A stretch of 64,000 nt of DNA from a candidate division WOR-3 bacterium. GTDB lineage: Bacteria > Hydrothermota > Tepidihabitantia > Tepidihabitantales > Tepidihabitantaceae. Numbering within the stretch: the first letter of the stretch is position 1; each line of letters starts with the position of its first letter. Where the stretch lies: the NCBI GenBank assembly GCA_965648905.1, contig CBFGIT010000008.1, positions 22,255 to 86,254 of the forward strand, read 5' to 3'. Below, in pieces: positions 9,222-17,461 of this stretch. The notes below the pieces were generated by a model, which was not told where the DNA came from, did no database searches, and was given only the letters and a program-made list of their open reading frames with translations. Made by a program: the position numbers and the translations under genes.

Positions 9222-10031
9222 ATGTCGTACAACGCCGGCGTGTTTGTGTCTGCCGGTCAGGCGATGCTTATTGACCCGGGAATCTTCCCGGACGAAATGG
9301 ACCGACTCCGTGCTGCGGTGTATGAGCAGGACGCCGTGCCGGCCCGGCTGGTTATCACTCACAGCCACTGGGACCACCTGCTCGGGCCCGAGTACTTCCC
9401 GGATGTGCCGGTCGTGCAGCAGGTCGAAGCTGAGGCGGTGCTGGCCGAGTTCCGACCGGCAATTGAACGTCAGGTCACCGACTGGGAACGGCAGAACCGC
9501 ATCGAACGTGAGCAGCCGTTCTTCTGTCCTGAGCCGGATGAGACATTCGGGGCCCGGACCGAGCTCGCCGTCGGCAACGAAGCGCTGCAACTCATGCACG
9601 CACCCGGTCACGCCCCCGAACACCTTGTCGTGTATCACCCGGCATCCGGGCTGCTCTGGGCCGGCGACATGCTGAGCGACATCGAAATCCCCTTTGTCAT
9701 GCACAGCCTTGTTTCTTACCAGCGCACGGTTGAAGCGCTGGCCCGCCTCGACGTGCGCGTGCTCGTGCCCGGACACGGACAGGCGACGAGCGACCCCAAG
9801 GAAATCCGCCGCCGCTTCGAGCGCGACCGAACCTACCTCGACCGACTGCACGAAACGGTCGCGGCCGCAGTGGCGGCAGGCAGAAGCCCCTCCGAAACAC
9901 TGCATGCCAGTGCCGGCCTGAGTCCGCTTCCTGGCAATGAGGAACCGCACCGGCTGAACGTCGAGACCGCATTCCTCGAGCTGGCCGGCCGACGCGAACC
10001 AGACCACAAAGGCTGGAGCCGACTGCAATGA
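9222..10031 (+). CDS. MBL-fold metallo-hydrolase
   Basis: HSHWDH (HxHxDH) motif, downstream His/Asp ligands (PGHAPEH, PGHGQ). Start placed at MSYNAGVFVS; an upstream ATG at 9159 is also possible. Confidence 0.75.
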   Translation: MSYNAGVFVSAGQAMLIDPGIFPDEMDRLRAAVYEQDAVPARLVITHSHWDHLLGPEYFPDVPVVQQVEAEAVLAEFRPAIERQVTDWERQNRIEREQPFFCPEPDETFGARTELAVGNEALQLMHAPGHAPEHLVVYHPASGLLWAGDMLSDIEIPFVMHSLVSYQRTVEALARLDVRVLVPGHGQATSDPKEIRRRFERDRTYLDRLHETVAAAVAAGRSPSETLHASAGLSPLPGNEEPHRLNVETAFLELAGRREPDHKGWSRLQ

Positions 10032-10714
10032 GAATCCTCGGCACACTGATAAACGCCGGAGCGGTGATCGTCGGCAGCCTGGTCGGACTCGTGTTCCACA
10101 CCCGTCTGCCCAGACGACTGACCGAGGTTGCATTCCAGGGCATTGGCCTGTTCACCTTGTTCATCGGGTTCACGATGGCTGCCAAAACCCAGCACCTGCT
10201 GGTGCTCGTTTTTTCGATTGTCCTCGGTGCCGTTGCCGGTGAACTGGCGGCAATCGACCGTCACCTGAACCGGCTCGGCGACTGGCTCAAGACGAAACTC
10301 AAGTCCACCAATGCTCGTTTCACTGAAGGGATGGTTGCGGCGTTCCTCTTGTTCTGTATGGGCTCGATGACCGTGCTCGGAGCAATCGAAGAAGGCCTGG
10401 GCGCCAGACCGAACCTCCTCGTTGCCAAGTCGGTGCTCGACGGCTTTGCCTCAGCCGCACTGGCCGCGTCTCTGGGCGTCGGCGTGCTTTTCTCGGTCAT
10501 TCCGCTGCTGGTCTACCAGGGAACTCTGACCGTCTTTGCCGGCTCGCTCCGTCCGGTCCTATCCGACCCGGTTGTGAACGAAATCACTGCGGTCGGCGGA
10601 CTGATTCTCGTAGGGCTCGGAATCAACATCCTCGAATTGCGGCAACTCCGAGTCCTGAACATGCTGCCCGCGCTGGTTGTCGCCGGCGTGCTGGCCGCCC
10701 TGTTTGTCCGATGA
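10028..10714 (+). CDS. DUF554 (YqgA-like) family membrane protein
   Basis: 228 aa multi-TM protein. N-terminal ILGTLINAGAVIVGSLVG matches the YqgA/DUF554 pattern. ATGA overlap with the upstream MBL gene. Confidence 0.7.
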   Translation: MRILGTLINAGAVIVGSLVGLVFHTRLPRRLTEVAFQGIGLFTLFIGFTMAAKTQHLLVLVFSIVLGAVAGELAAIDRHLNRLGDWLKTKLKSTNARFTEGMVAAFLLFCMGSMTVLGAIEEGLGARPNLLVAKSVLDGFASAALAASLGVGVLFSVIPLLVYQGTLTVFAGSLRPVLSDPVVNEITAVGGLILVGLGINILELRQLRVLNMLPALVVAGVLAALFVR

Positions 10715-10777
10715 AGCTCTAGTCGAGAAGCATCGCCCCTCCTTGCGGAGGGGCGACTCCATTCCGAAAGCGCGCGG

Positions 10778-11404
10778 CTAGTCTACTGCCTGTACGCTCC
10801 TCGGCTGCAGGGAGAAATCTATCCCGGTCACCGGCTGGCCGTTCTCGATGACAACCGGTTCAGGATACGTCGCGCACGAGTACCCTGACTTCATTGCCTT
10901 CACTGTGTACGAACCATCGGCCAGACCGGCAATCGTGTAGGTGCCGTCATCTCCAGTCATGGCATAGCGGCCGCAACTGCCGGCCGTTACCTTGGCCCCG
11001 GCAATTGGCTCACCGGTCGCCGCGTCAGTAACCCGGCCGGAAATTGAGCCGCTGCCACCTCCACCGCCCATCGGTCTGAGCGCGATGTCGATTCCGGTCA
11101 CGGCCTGACCTTCCTCAACCCGCACCGGCGTGGGGTAAGTCTTGGCGTAGTAGGCGCCGCACTTCATCGCCTTGACCGAATAGCTGCCCGGGGCAAGACT
11201 ACTGATGGTGTAGGTTCCGTCGCCTGCGGTAGTTGCGGAGCGACCGCAGCCACCGACCGTAACCTTGGCGCCGGCGATTGGTGCGCCGGTCACGGAATCG
11301 GTAATCGTCCCTGATATCGACCCGGTTCCAAGGTCGCCCTTGGGAACCGAGACCGCAGCAAACAATAGCGTCGCACACGCGACCAGGACTGCGAACGTCT
11401 TCAT
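10778..11404 (-). CDS. Secreted protein with two tandem carboxypeptidase-regulatory-like (CarboxypepD_reg) domains
   Basis: Signal peptide MKTFAVLVACATLLFAAVSVP. Two ~90-aa internal repeats (ISGxxTDxxTGxPIAGAKVTxGxCGR...DGTYTIxxLAxGSYTVKAMKxGY...PVTGIDxxL). Confidence 0.65.
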   Translation of the reverse strand: MKTFAVLVACATLLFAAVSVPKGDLGTGSISGTITDSVTGAPIAGAKVTVGGCGRSATTAGDGTYTISSLAPGSYSVKAMKCGAYYAKTYPTPVRVEEGQAVTGIDIALRPMGGGGGSGSISGRVTDAATGEPIAGAKVTAGSCGRYAMTGDDGTYTIAGLADGSYTVKAMKSGYSCATYPEPVVIENGQPVTGIDFSLQPRSVQAVD

Positions 11405-11504
11405 CGATGCTCCTGTTAGTTTGTGGACCGTGGATTATCATAGCCGGTGCAGACCACAAGTCAAGCCAGGCTTGCACGCGGCTTCTCTCTGTCTATTATC
11501 AGTC

Positions 11505-12251
11505 GTGTTCAGACTTCTGCTCCTTATCCTGCCCGGCTTGGTTCTCGGTCAGTTCGTCGAACTCGGCCCCGGCGGCACGCTCCTGATGAACGTGCCCTAC
11601 TGCGGCGGCTGAGGCGACGGTGAGCGGTACCAGGTTCTGGTACTTGCCTCCGAGATGCCCGGGCCCTGCACCATCGATTCGGTCCAGCTCCTTTGCGGCA
11701 GCGATGAGTATGACCACGGCATCTTCTACAACTCGCTCATCCTCGCCTGCCACACATCGGTCGGCGAACTGGAGAGCACCTTTGACCGTAACTACACAGG
11801 CAACGTCCCAGAAACCGTTATGTCCGCTAACCCGCTCGTGCTGCAATGGGTCAACAACCAGTGGCACGGGCTCGCATTCAACCGCCCGTTCAGCTACAAC
11901 GGCATCGACAATCTGATTCTCGAATACCGCTGGCAGGGTGATGACGGCAACTCGGTCTACGACCGTGGGTTCTACACGGTCGGCAACCGAGCCTGTGACG
12001 CCCGGTCATCAACCGCCCCGCGCGGCACCCCTCGCAACTACATGCCACGCCACCGCATCTTCTACTCGCTCACCGCGGTCGAAGAACCCGCCGCTCTCCG
12101 GTCAAGCCGACCGTCGCCTTCGGTCTGTGCCGGCACCGACCACGGCCTGCTCTACGACGCTCTCGGCCGACCGGTCGCGCAGACCCCAACCGGCGTCTAT
12201 TTCCGGGTCCAACCTCGGGGCCGCTCGGCCCGTCTGCTTATCATCCGGTAG
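11505..12251 (+). CDS. Secreted protein with T9SS-like C-terminal sorting domain. Signal-peptide exon (GTG 11505) joined to body through an in-frame TGA at 11610; candidate selenocysteine/recoding site or pseudogene
   Basis: Same frame throughout: MFRLLLLILPGLVLGQFVELGPGGTLLMNVPYCGG-TGA-GDGERYQVLVLASEMPGPC...GVYFRVQPRGRSARLLIIR. The downstream ORF 11655..12251 alone lacks a signal peptide. Confidence 0.4.
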
Positions 12252-12263
12252 CGGGCTTTTTCG

Positions 12264-12292
12264 TTAGACATTGGACATCACATCGCTATAAT
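12264..12292 (+). promoter_or_regulatory. Near-consensus sigma70-type promoter TTAGAC-17-TATAAT for the flxD-like operon
   Basis: TTAGAC at 12264-12269, 17-nt spacer, TATAAT at 12287-12292, about 17 nt before the ATG at 12310. AT-rich island in a GC-rich background. Confidence 0.45.
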
Positions 12293-12309
12293 GACCTCTT
12301 ACCCTACCA

Positions 12310-12756
12310 ATGAGTATCGACGACCCGCCGAACGCAGGCTTTGAACCAAAGATCGTCGCGTTCCTGTGCAACTGGTGCTCCTATGCCGGTGCTGACCTGG
12401 CCGGCATCTCCCGCATCCAGTACCCGCCGTCAATCCGCGTCATTCGCGTCCCCTGCTCAGGCCGGGTTGACCCGTTCTACATCCTGAAGGCGCTCCAGAA
12501 CGGTGCTGACGGCGTGCTCGTCTCCGGCTGCCACCCGGGCGACTGCCACTACCTTACCGGCAACTACGTTGCCCGGCGCCGGTTCGCAGTGCTCAACGAC
12601 CTCCTGGAGTTTGCCGGCATCGACCCGGGCCGGGTCAGCTTCTCCTGGGTTTCGGCTGCGGAAGGCGAGCGCTTTGCCGAAGTCGTGCGCGAAGTCACGG
12701 AGAAAGTCCGGCAACTCGGGCCGAACCGCAAACTGGTCAAGGAGTCGGTTGGATGA
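12310..12756 (+). CDS. MvhD/FlxD-like iron-sulfur subunit (methyl-viologen-reducing hydrogenase delta subunit family)
   Basis: CNWCSYAGADLAG...PCSGRV...GADGVLVSGCHPGDCHY, the MvhD signature. Confidence 0.85.
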   Translation: MSIDDPPNAGFEPKIVAFLCNWCSYAGADLAGISRIQYPPSIRVIRVPCSGRVDPFYILKALQNGADGVLVSGCHPGDCHYLTGNYVARRRFAVLNDLLEFAGIDPGRVSFSWVSAAEGERFAEVVREVTEKVRQLGPNRKLVKESVG

Positions 12757-13598
12757 ACCGCCAGGACCAGCTCCGCCAGCGTGCCCGGGAGCTGCTCGAA
12801 GGCAAAGAGGTAGTTCTGGTGCTCGGCTACCGGTCAGGCCGACGACCCGGAACTGCCACGCCCGCGTTCATCACCCGTCCTGAGGATGCCGACAAACTGG
12901 TCTTCGACGACCGCTGCGGCATGAACCTGGCCGCGTACCTGCCGCGCGTCAAGAGCCGAGGCAGGATTGCCATCGTTGCCAAAGGCTGCGACTCGCGTTC
13001 CATTGTCACGCTGCTTAAAGAGAAACAGGTCACGCGCGACCAGCTCTTCATCCTTGGAGTCGCCTGCGAGGGCGTCAAGGAGCAGGGCCGGCTCAGCGAC
13101 TCTTGTACCACCTGCGAATACCCCAACCCGGTAGTCTTCGACGAGATGATAGGAGACACATCTCGAGGACGCGATTCCGCATCGTGTCCCCGGGCCCAAA
13201 ACGACTTCGAGAAGCTCTCCGCGGATGAACGCTGGCAGGTATTGATGGACGACGTCTCCCGCTGCATCCGCTGCTATGCCTGCCGCCAGGTCTGTCCCAA
13301 CTGCTACTGTCCGACCTGCTTTGTCGACGCGAACAACCCGCAGTGGGTCGGCAAGACCACGTCCGGTCCAGACAACATGATGTTCCATCTCATGCGGGCC
13401 ATGCACATGGCCGGTCGCTGTGTCGAGTGCGGCACGTGCAGCCGGGCCTGCCCGATGAGTATTGACCTGATGAGGTTCAACCGCAAGGTAGCGCAGATAG
13501 TCAAAGACCGGTTCGGTGCGGTCGCGGGTCTGAACCCGGACGAACCGCCCGCCCTCGCCGCGTTTGACCCGAACGACCGGCAGGAGTTCATCAAGTGA
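12753..13598 (+). CDS. 4Fe-4S dicluster oxidoreductase subunit, HydB/AsrA/FlxC-like (shorter paralog)
   Basis: CIRCYACRQVCPNCYCPTC and CVECGTCSRACPMSIDL ferredoxin-type cluster motifs. ATGA overlap with the upstream gene. Confidence 0.7.
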   Translation: MNRQDQLRQRARELLEGKEVVLVLGYRSGRRPGTATPAFITRPEDADKLVFDDRCGMNLAAYLPRVKSRGRIAIVAKGCDSRSIVTLLKEKQVTRDQLFILGVACEGVKEQGRLSDSCTTCEYPNPVVFDEMIGDTSRGRDSASCPRAQNDFEKLSADERWQVLMDDVSRCIRCYACRQVCPNCYCPTCFVDANNPQWVGKTTSGPDNMMFHLMRAMHMAGRCVECGTCSRACPMSIDLMRFNRKVAQIVKDRFGAVAGLNPDEPPALAAFDPNDRQEFIK

Positions 13599-14671
13599 AA
13601 CCCGGCATCATCACGGCCCAAGAACTGGCTCGGCTCGTGGCCGAGTGGGCCAAGACCAGCGCGGTCTTTGCCCCGGTCAGGGTGAAGAACTGGACCGAGT
13701 TCCGGCGCATATCTTCGCTCGGCGAGGCCGACCTTACGCGCGTGAACACCAAGCTGTCTGCCCGCACTCTGCTCTTTCCTCAGTGCGAGACGATGTTCCG
13801 GTTCAGGACTGACCGGCCGGCAGACCCAGAAGAACCGGCCCTGCCTGAGAAACAGGTCATCCTCGGTATTCGTCCGTGTGATGCTGCCGGCATCGCACTG
13901 CTCGACAAGTTCTTCTGTGGTCAGGGCGAAACCGACACCTACTACCAGCGCCGCCGCGCCAAGACGGTGCTTGTCGGCCTTGCCTGCAATGCTCCGGCCG
14001 ACACCTGCTTCTGCTTGGCAGTTGGTGGTTCACCGGCAGGCTTGCGCGGGCTCGACCTGCTGCTCACCGACTTGGGCGACAGGTACCTGGCTGAACCAGT
14101 TACCGACGCCGGCGCTGCCCTTCTGATACCAATCGGAGAGACTCTCAGGCCGGCAACCGATGCTGATACGGCGAAGAAGCAGGAACTGGCCGAGCAGGCC
14201 GGCGCTGCGATTACCGGGCGCATCGACACCCCAAGACTCAAGGCCCTGCTCGACAACTCAGACCAGAGCCCGGTATGGGAGGAACTCAGCCTCGCCTGCG
14301 TCAACTGCGGAGCCTGCACCTTTGTCTGCCCGACCTGCCATTGCTTCGACGTCACGGACGAGACCGGCAAAGGCCAGGGCGCGCGCATCAGGGTCTGGGA
14401 CACCTGTCAGGCCTGCCTTTACTCCCAGCACGCCTCAGGCCACAACCCGCGTGCCACTCCTGCGGCCCGATTCCGCAACCGGACCATGGACAAGTTCAAG
14501 TACACGGTCGAAATATACGGCGAAGTCTCCTGCGTCGGCTGCGGCCGCTGCATCATCGAGTGTCCAGCCGGGATTGACGTTAGAGAAACGGTGCAGACGT
14601 TGACCGCAGCACTGCAGGCAGAACCGGAGCCGGACGCAGTGCAGAAGGCAAAGTGCAAAACAGGCAACTGA
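13595..14671 (+). CDS. 4Fe-4S dicluster oxidoreductase subunit, sulfhydrogenase-beta/AsrA/FlxB-like
   Basis: 358 aa. CVNCGACTFVCPTCHCFD and CVGCGRCIIECPAGIDV motifs. N-terminus resembles AsrA/HydB. Confidence 0.7.
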   Translation: MKPGIITAQELARLVAEWAKTSAVFAPVRVKNWTEFRRISSLGEADLTRVNTKLSARTLLFPQCETMFRFRTDRPADPEEPALPEKQVILGIRPCDAAGIALLDKFFCGQGETDTYYQRRRAKTVLVGLACNAPADTCFCLAVGGSPAGLRGLDLLLTDLGDRYLAEPVTDAGAALLIPIGETLRPATDADTAKKQELAEQAGAAITGRIDTPRLKALLDNSDQSPVWEELSLACVNCGACTFVCPTCHCFDVTDETGKGQGARIRVWDTCQACLYSQHASGHNPRATPAARFRNRTMDKFKYTVEIYGEVSCVGCGRCIIECPAGIDVRETVQTLTAALQAEPEPDAVQKAKCKTGN

Positions 14672-15021
14672 CATTGAGGGACCTGAAGGAACGGCTATTG
14701 GACTTCGCCACTGTGTGCTTGAAACTGCACGGCAAGCTGGGTCGCACTGTGCCCGGCCGGTACATTGGCGGTCAGATGATGCGCTCGAGTTCTTCTGCCG
14801 GAGCCAACTACTACGAGGCCTGTGGTGCGGAAAGCCGGGCGGACTTTGCCCACAAACTCCAGATCGTACTCAAAGAACTGCGCGAGACTGAGTACTGGCT
14901 GAAGCTCGCCGGTCGAGGCGGCCTACTCTCGCCGGATGACGTCAAACTAGCCGCAACCGAAGCGGACGAACTGGCTCGCATCATCGCTAAATCTGTCCTT
15001 ACTACCAAGTCGAGAACGTGA
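14653..15021 (+). CDS. Four-helix-bundle protein (TIGR02436 / 23S rRNA intervening-sequence protein family), copy 1
   Basis: GQMMRSSSSAGANYYEACGAESRADFAHKLQIVLKELRETEYWLKL is the family signature. Paralogous to 36835..37203. Inserted between the flxB-like and flxA-like genes. Confidence 0.75.
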   Translation: MQNRQLTLRDLKERLLDFATVCLKLHGKLGRTVPGRYIGGQMMRSSSSAGANYYEACGAESRADFAHKLQIVLKELRETEYWLKLAGRGGLLSPDDVKLAATEADELARIIAKSVLTTKSRT

Positions 15022-15082
15022 TGAGCCTGCGTCCCGGTTTTGCCTTGCCCGTTCTGCACTTTGACTTGACCATTGCATCCTC

Positions 15083-15919
15083 ATGAATCCCTATCTCCCG
15101 ACACCTGTCAAGGTCGCCCGCGTCACCGTTGAGAACGACGCCCGCGACCTCAAGACCTTCGACCTCTCGTTTGTCGAACCCGAGGCCCGCAAGTCATTCA
15201 ACTTCATTCCGGGCCAGTTCGCTTTCCTCTCCATCCTCGGCGTGGGCGAAGCGCCGTTCGGCATCGCCTCTGCCCCTTCCGAAGAACTAATCAAGTACAC
15301 GGTCAAGCGGGTCGGTACCTTCACGACTGCGCTGCACGAGCTGGAACCGGGCGCGGTCGTCGGCATGCGCGGGCCCTGGGGCAACTCCTACCCATTTGAC
15401 CTGATGCAGGGCAAAGACGTCGTCATCGTCTCCGGCGGCTTCTCGTTCACCACCCTGCGCTCGACCATCGTCTATCTGCTCGACCCGGCCCGCCGGTCCC
15501 AGTTCGGCAGGATAACTGCGGTCTACGGTGCCCGCTCGAGCGGCGAGCTGCTCTACAAAGACGAAATCAAAGCCTGGGAATCAAGCCCCGACCTTGACCT
15601 GCACCTCTGCGTTGACCGGCTCGGCGGTGCGGCCTGGCCTAAGACCGAAGGCTTAGTCCCCAACGTGCTCAAACAGGTTGCGCCCTCAGCCGCAAACGCG
15701 GTCGCACTGGTCTGCGGTCCGCCGGTCATGATTCGCTTCACCCACCCGGTCCTGGAGCAGCTCGGATTCAGGCCGGAACATGTTTTTCTATCACTGGAGA
15801 ACCGGATGAAATGCGGCATCGGCAAATGCGGCCACTGCAACATCGGGCCCAAGTACGTCTGTAAAGACGGCCCGGTCTTCTCCTACGCCCAGCTCAAGAC
15901 CCTCCCGGCCGAGTACTAA
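15083..15919 (+). CDS. FAD/NAD(P)-binding oxidoreductase subunit with C-terminal 2Fe-2S (HydG/AsrB/FlxA-like)
   Basis: Ferredoxin-reductase-type FAD- and NAD-binding folds. C-terminal CGIGKCGHCNIGPKYVCKDGPVF. Confidence 0.8.
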   Translation: MNPYLPTPVKVARVTVENDARDLKTFDLSFVEPEARKSFNFIPGQFAFLSILGVGEAPFGIASAPSEELIKYTVKRVGTFTTALHELEPGAVVGMRGPWGNSYPFDLMQGKDVVIVSGGFSFTTLRSTIVYLLDPARRSQFGRITAVYGARSSGELLYKDEIKAWESSPDLDLHLCVDRLGGAAWPKTEGLVPNVLKQVAPSAANAVALVCGPPVMIRFTHPVLEQLGFRPEHVFLSLENRMKCGIGKCGHCNIGPKYVCKDGPVFSYAQLKTLPAEY

Positions 15920-16033
15920 CCGCCAAGTCGCCAGCGCCGGGCCTTCGGTTACCCGGTAACCACGACCTGAGATACGCTCTGCGCTTGACGCACCTCGACC
16001 ATTCGTGGCGGGACGTCGCTCCGGCAACTTCGG

Positions 16034-17062
16034 TCATGCCTTCTCGTCCTGGTCCGGCGGAATCATGACCTTGTACCTCTCCCACGCCGCCAGCGCCGCT
16101 TCGCCTGCCTTGATTGCCTGCTCGGACCGCCTCTTCCAAGTCGCGACGTAGTCGGCAATCATTCGCCGTTTGCTTTCCAGGTCCAACTCGGGAAGAGCGG
16201 CAATCGCCCCGATGATGCGCGCGGCATCGCTCAGCCGCTTGAACATGAAGCCTTCTGCCACCAGCGGCTCCAGCGTCTCGTGCGCCGCCCGCTGCGCCTG
16301 TGACTCGACAAAGGCCTTCATCTTCGCACCGTGGTCGAGCTTCGCCCGCCGCTCGTCCCACGCCTTCTCTTTGACGGTCGTCTCACCCAGACAGACAAGC
16401 GTCGCAGACCCGGCATACACCTCGCCCTGGTTCAGCTCGAGCTCAGTGAGGACATCGCTTATCACTTCTCCCAGAGCCTCCACCATCGCCGGGTCAAGGC
16501 CCTTGCTCCTGCAGACCGCGATGCCCCGCGCCACCCGGTCTTCCAGACGCCGCCGCTTGCGACCGGGCCAGCGCCAGTGCGCCCGGCAGATTCCTCGTGC
16601 CGTCTTCACCAGCCACTTGCGCTGGGCCGGCTTCAGGGTTTGGCCGTAGCTGTCGACCAATTGCTCCAGAGCCTCATCCAATGGCCGGCTCTCAATGACG
16701 GCGTTCTTGAACGCTTCGAGCCGGCGCTGTCGGACTTCCGGCTGCTCGGTCCTTGTCTGTGGCTCCGGCTGGGCCACCGGCTTCGTCTCCGGCTCAGGCG
16801 TCCTTGCCGTGAGCGGCCCAAGCAGGTCGAGCAGGTCGGCAAAGCCTGCCCCGCATCCGCGCAGGTAGTCCACGACCAGGCCGAACGATGGATAGGGAAC
16901 CTTGCCGCGCTCCAACTGGCTGGCCAGGACTGCCGCGCCTTTGCCGGCCCTGCCTGCCCGCGCCATCAACTTAGCCTGGGTCAGACCCGCCCGCAGCCGC
17001 AGCGAACGCAGCCGGGCACCCAATTCAGGTGTGAATCTGGCCGTATCAGCACAACGTTTCAT
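16034..17062 (-). CDS. XRE-family helix-turn-helix protein with long uncharacterized helical C-terminal domain
   Basis: N-terminal HTH LGARLRSLRLRAGLTQAKLMARAG. The remaining ~270 aa have no motif I recognise. Confidence 0.55.
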   Translation of the reverse strand: MKRCADTARFTPELGARLRSLRLRAGLTQAKLMARAGRAGKGAAVLASQLERGKVPYPSFGLVVDYLRGCGAGFADLLDLLGPLTARTPEPETKPVAQPEPQTRTEQPEVRQRRLEAFKNAVIESRPLDEALEQLVDSYGQTLKPAQRKWLVKTARGICRAHWRWPGRKRRRLEDRVARGIAVCRSKGLDPAMVEALGEVISDVLTELELNQGEVYAGSATLVCLGETTVKEKAWDERRAKLDHGAKMKAFVESQAQRAAHETLEPLVAEGFMFKRLSDAARIIGAIAALPELDLESKRRMIADYVATWKRRSEQAIKAGEAALAAWERYKVMIPPDQDEKA

Positions 17063-17461
17063 GGCTGTCCGCCTTTCCCCTCCATTATATTGAAAGACTA
17101 AGCGACCTGCAATCCGGTCAAGTGAGACAACGCCAGCCGATTAAACGACTTAGCCGCCAGCAGCCGTCGTTCTCAACCCCCCAGGGGGAACGGTCTGGGG
17201 AGCGGTAAGGGAGACGGCGGCCCGAGCCGCTTTCCCGGCCCAGAACCCGGCGGTTTCGCCCGCGTCTCCCCTTGCGGCTTTCCCTGTGGCTCGGCCTGTT
17301 GCTCAGGCAGTCGCAGAGATTTCGGCAGACCGGGCCGCAGCGACAGCGGCAGGCCGAGCAGAACCCGGAGTCGCAATCAGGGCGGCTCGGCTCATCGCTC
17401 GCCACGCGGCTCACCGTGCCGACCTCCTCGCGGCCCGGCGCGCCGCAAGGGCAGCAGCCGC

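Noticed and set aside
16331-17101. 256-aa plus-strand ORF opposite the XRE-HTH gene
   Set aside because: The minus-strand frame has a clear HTH motif and a continuous helical profile. The plus frame is a low-complexity shadow ORF.
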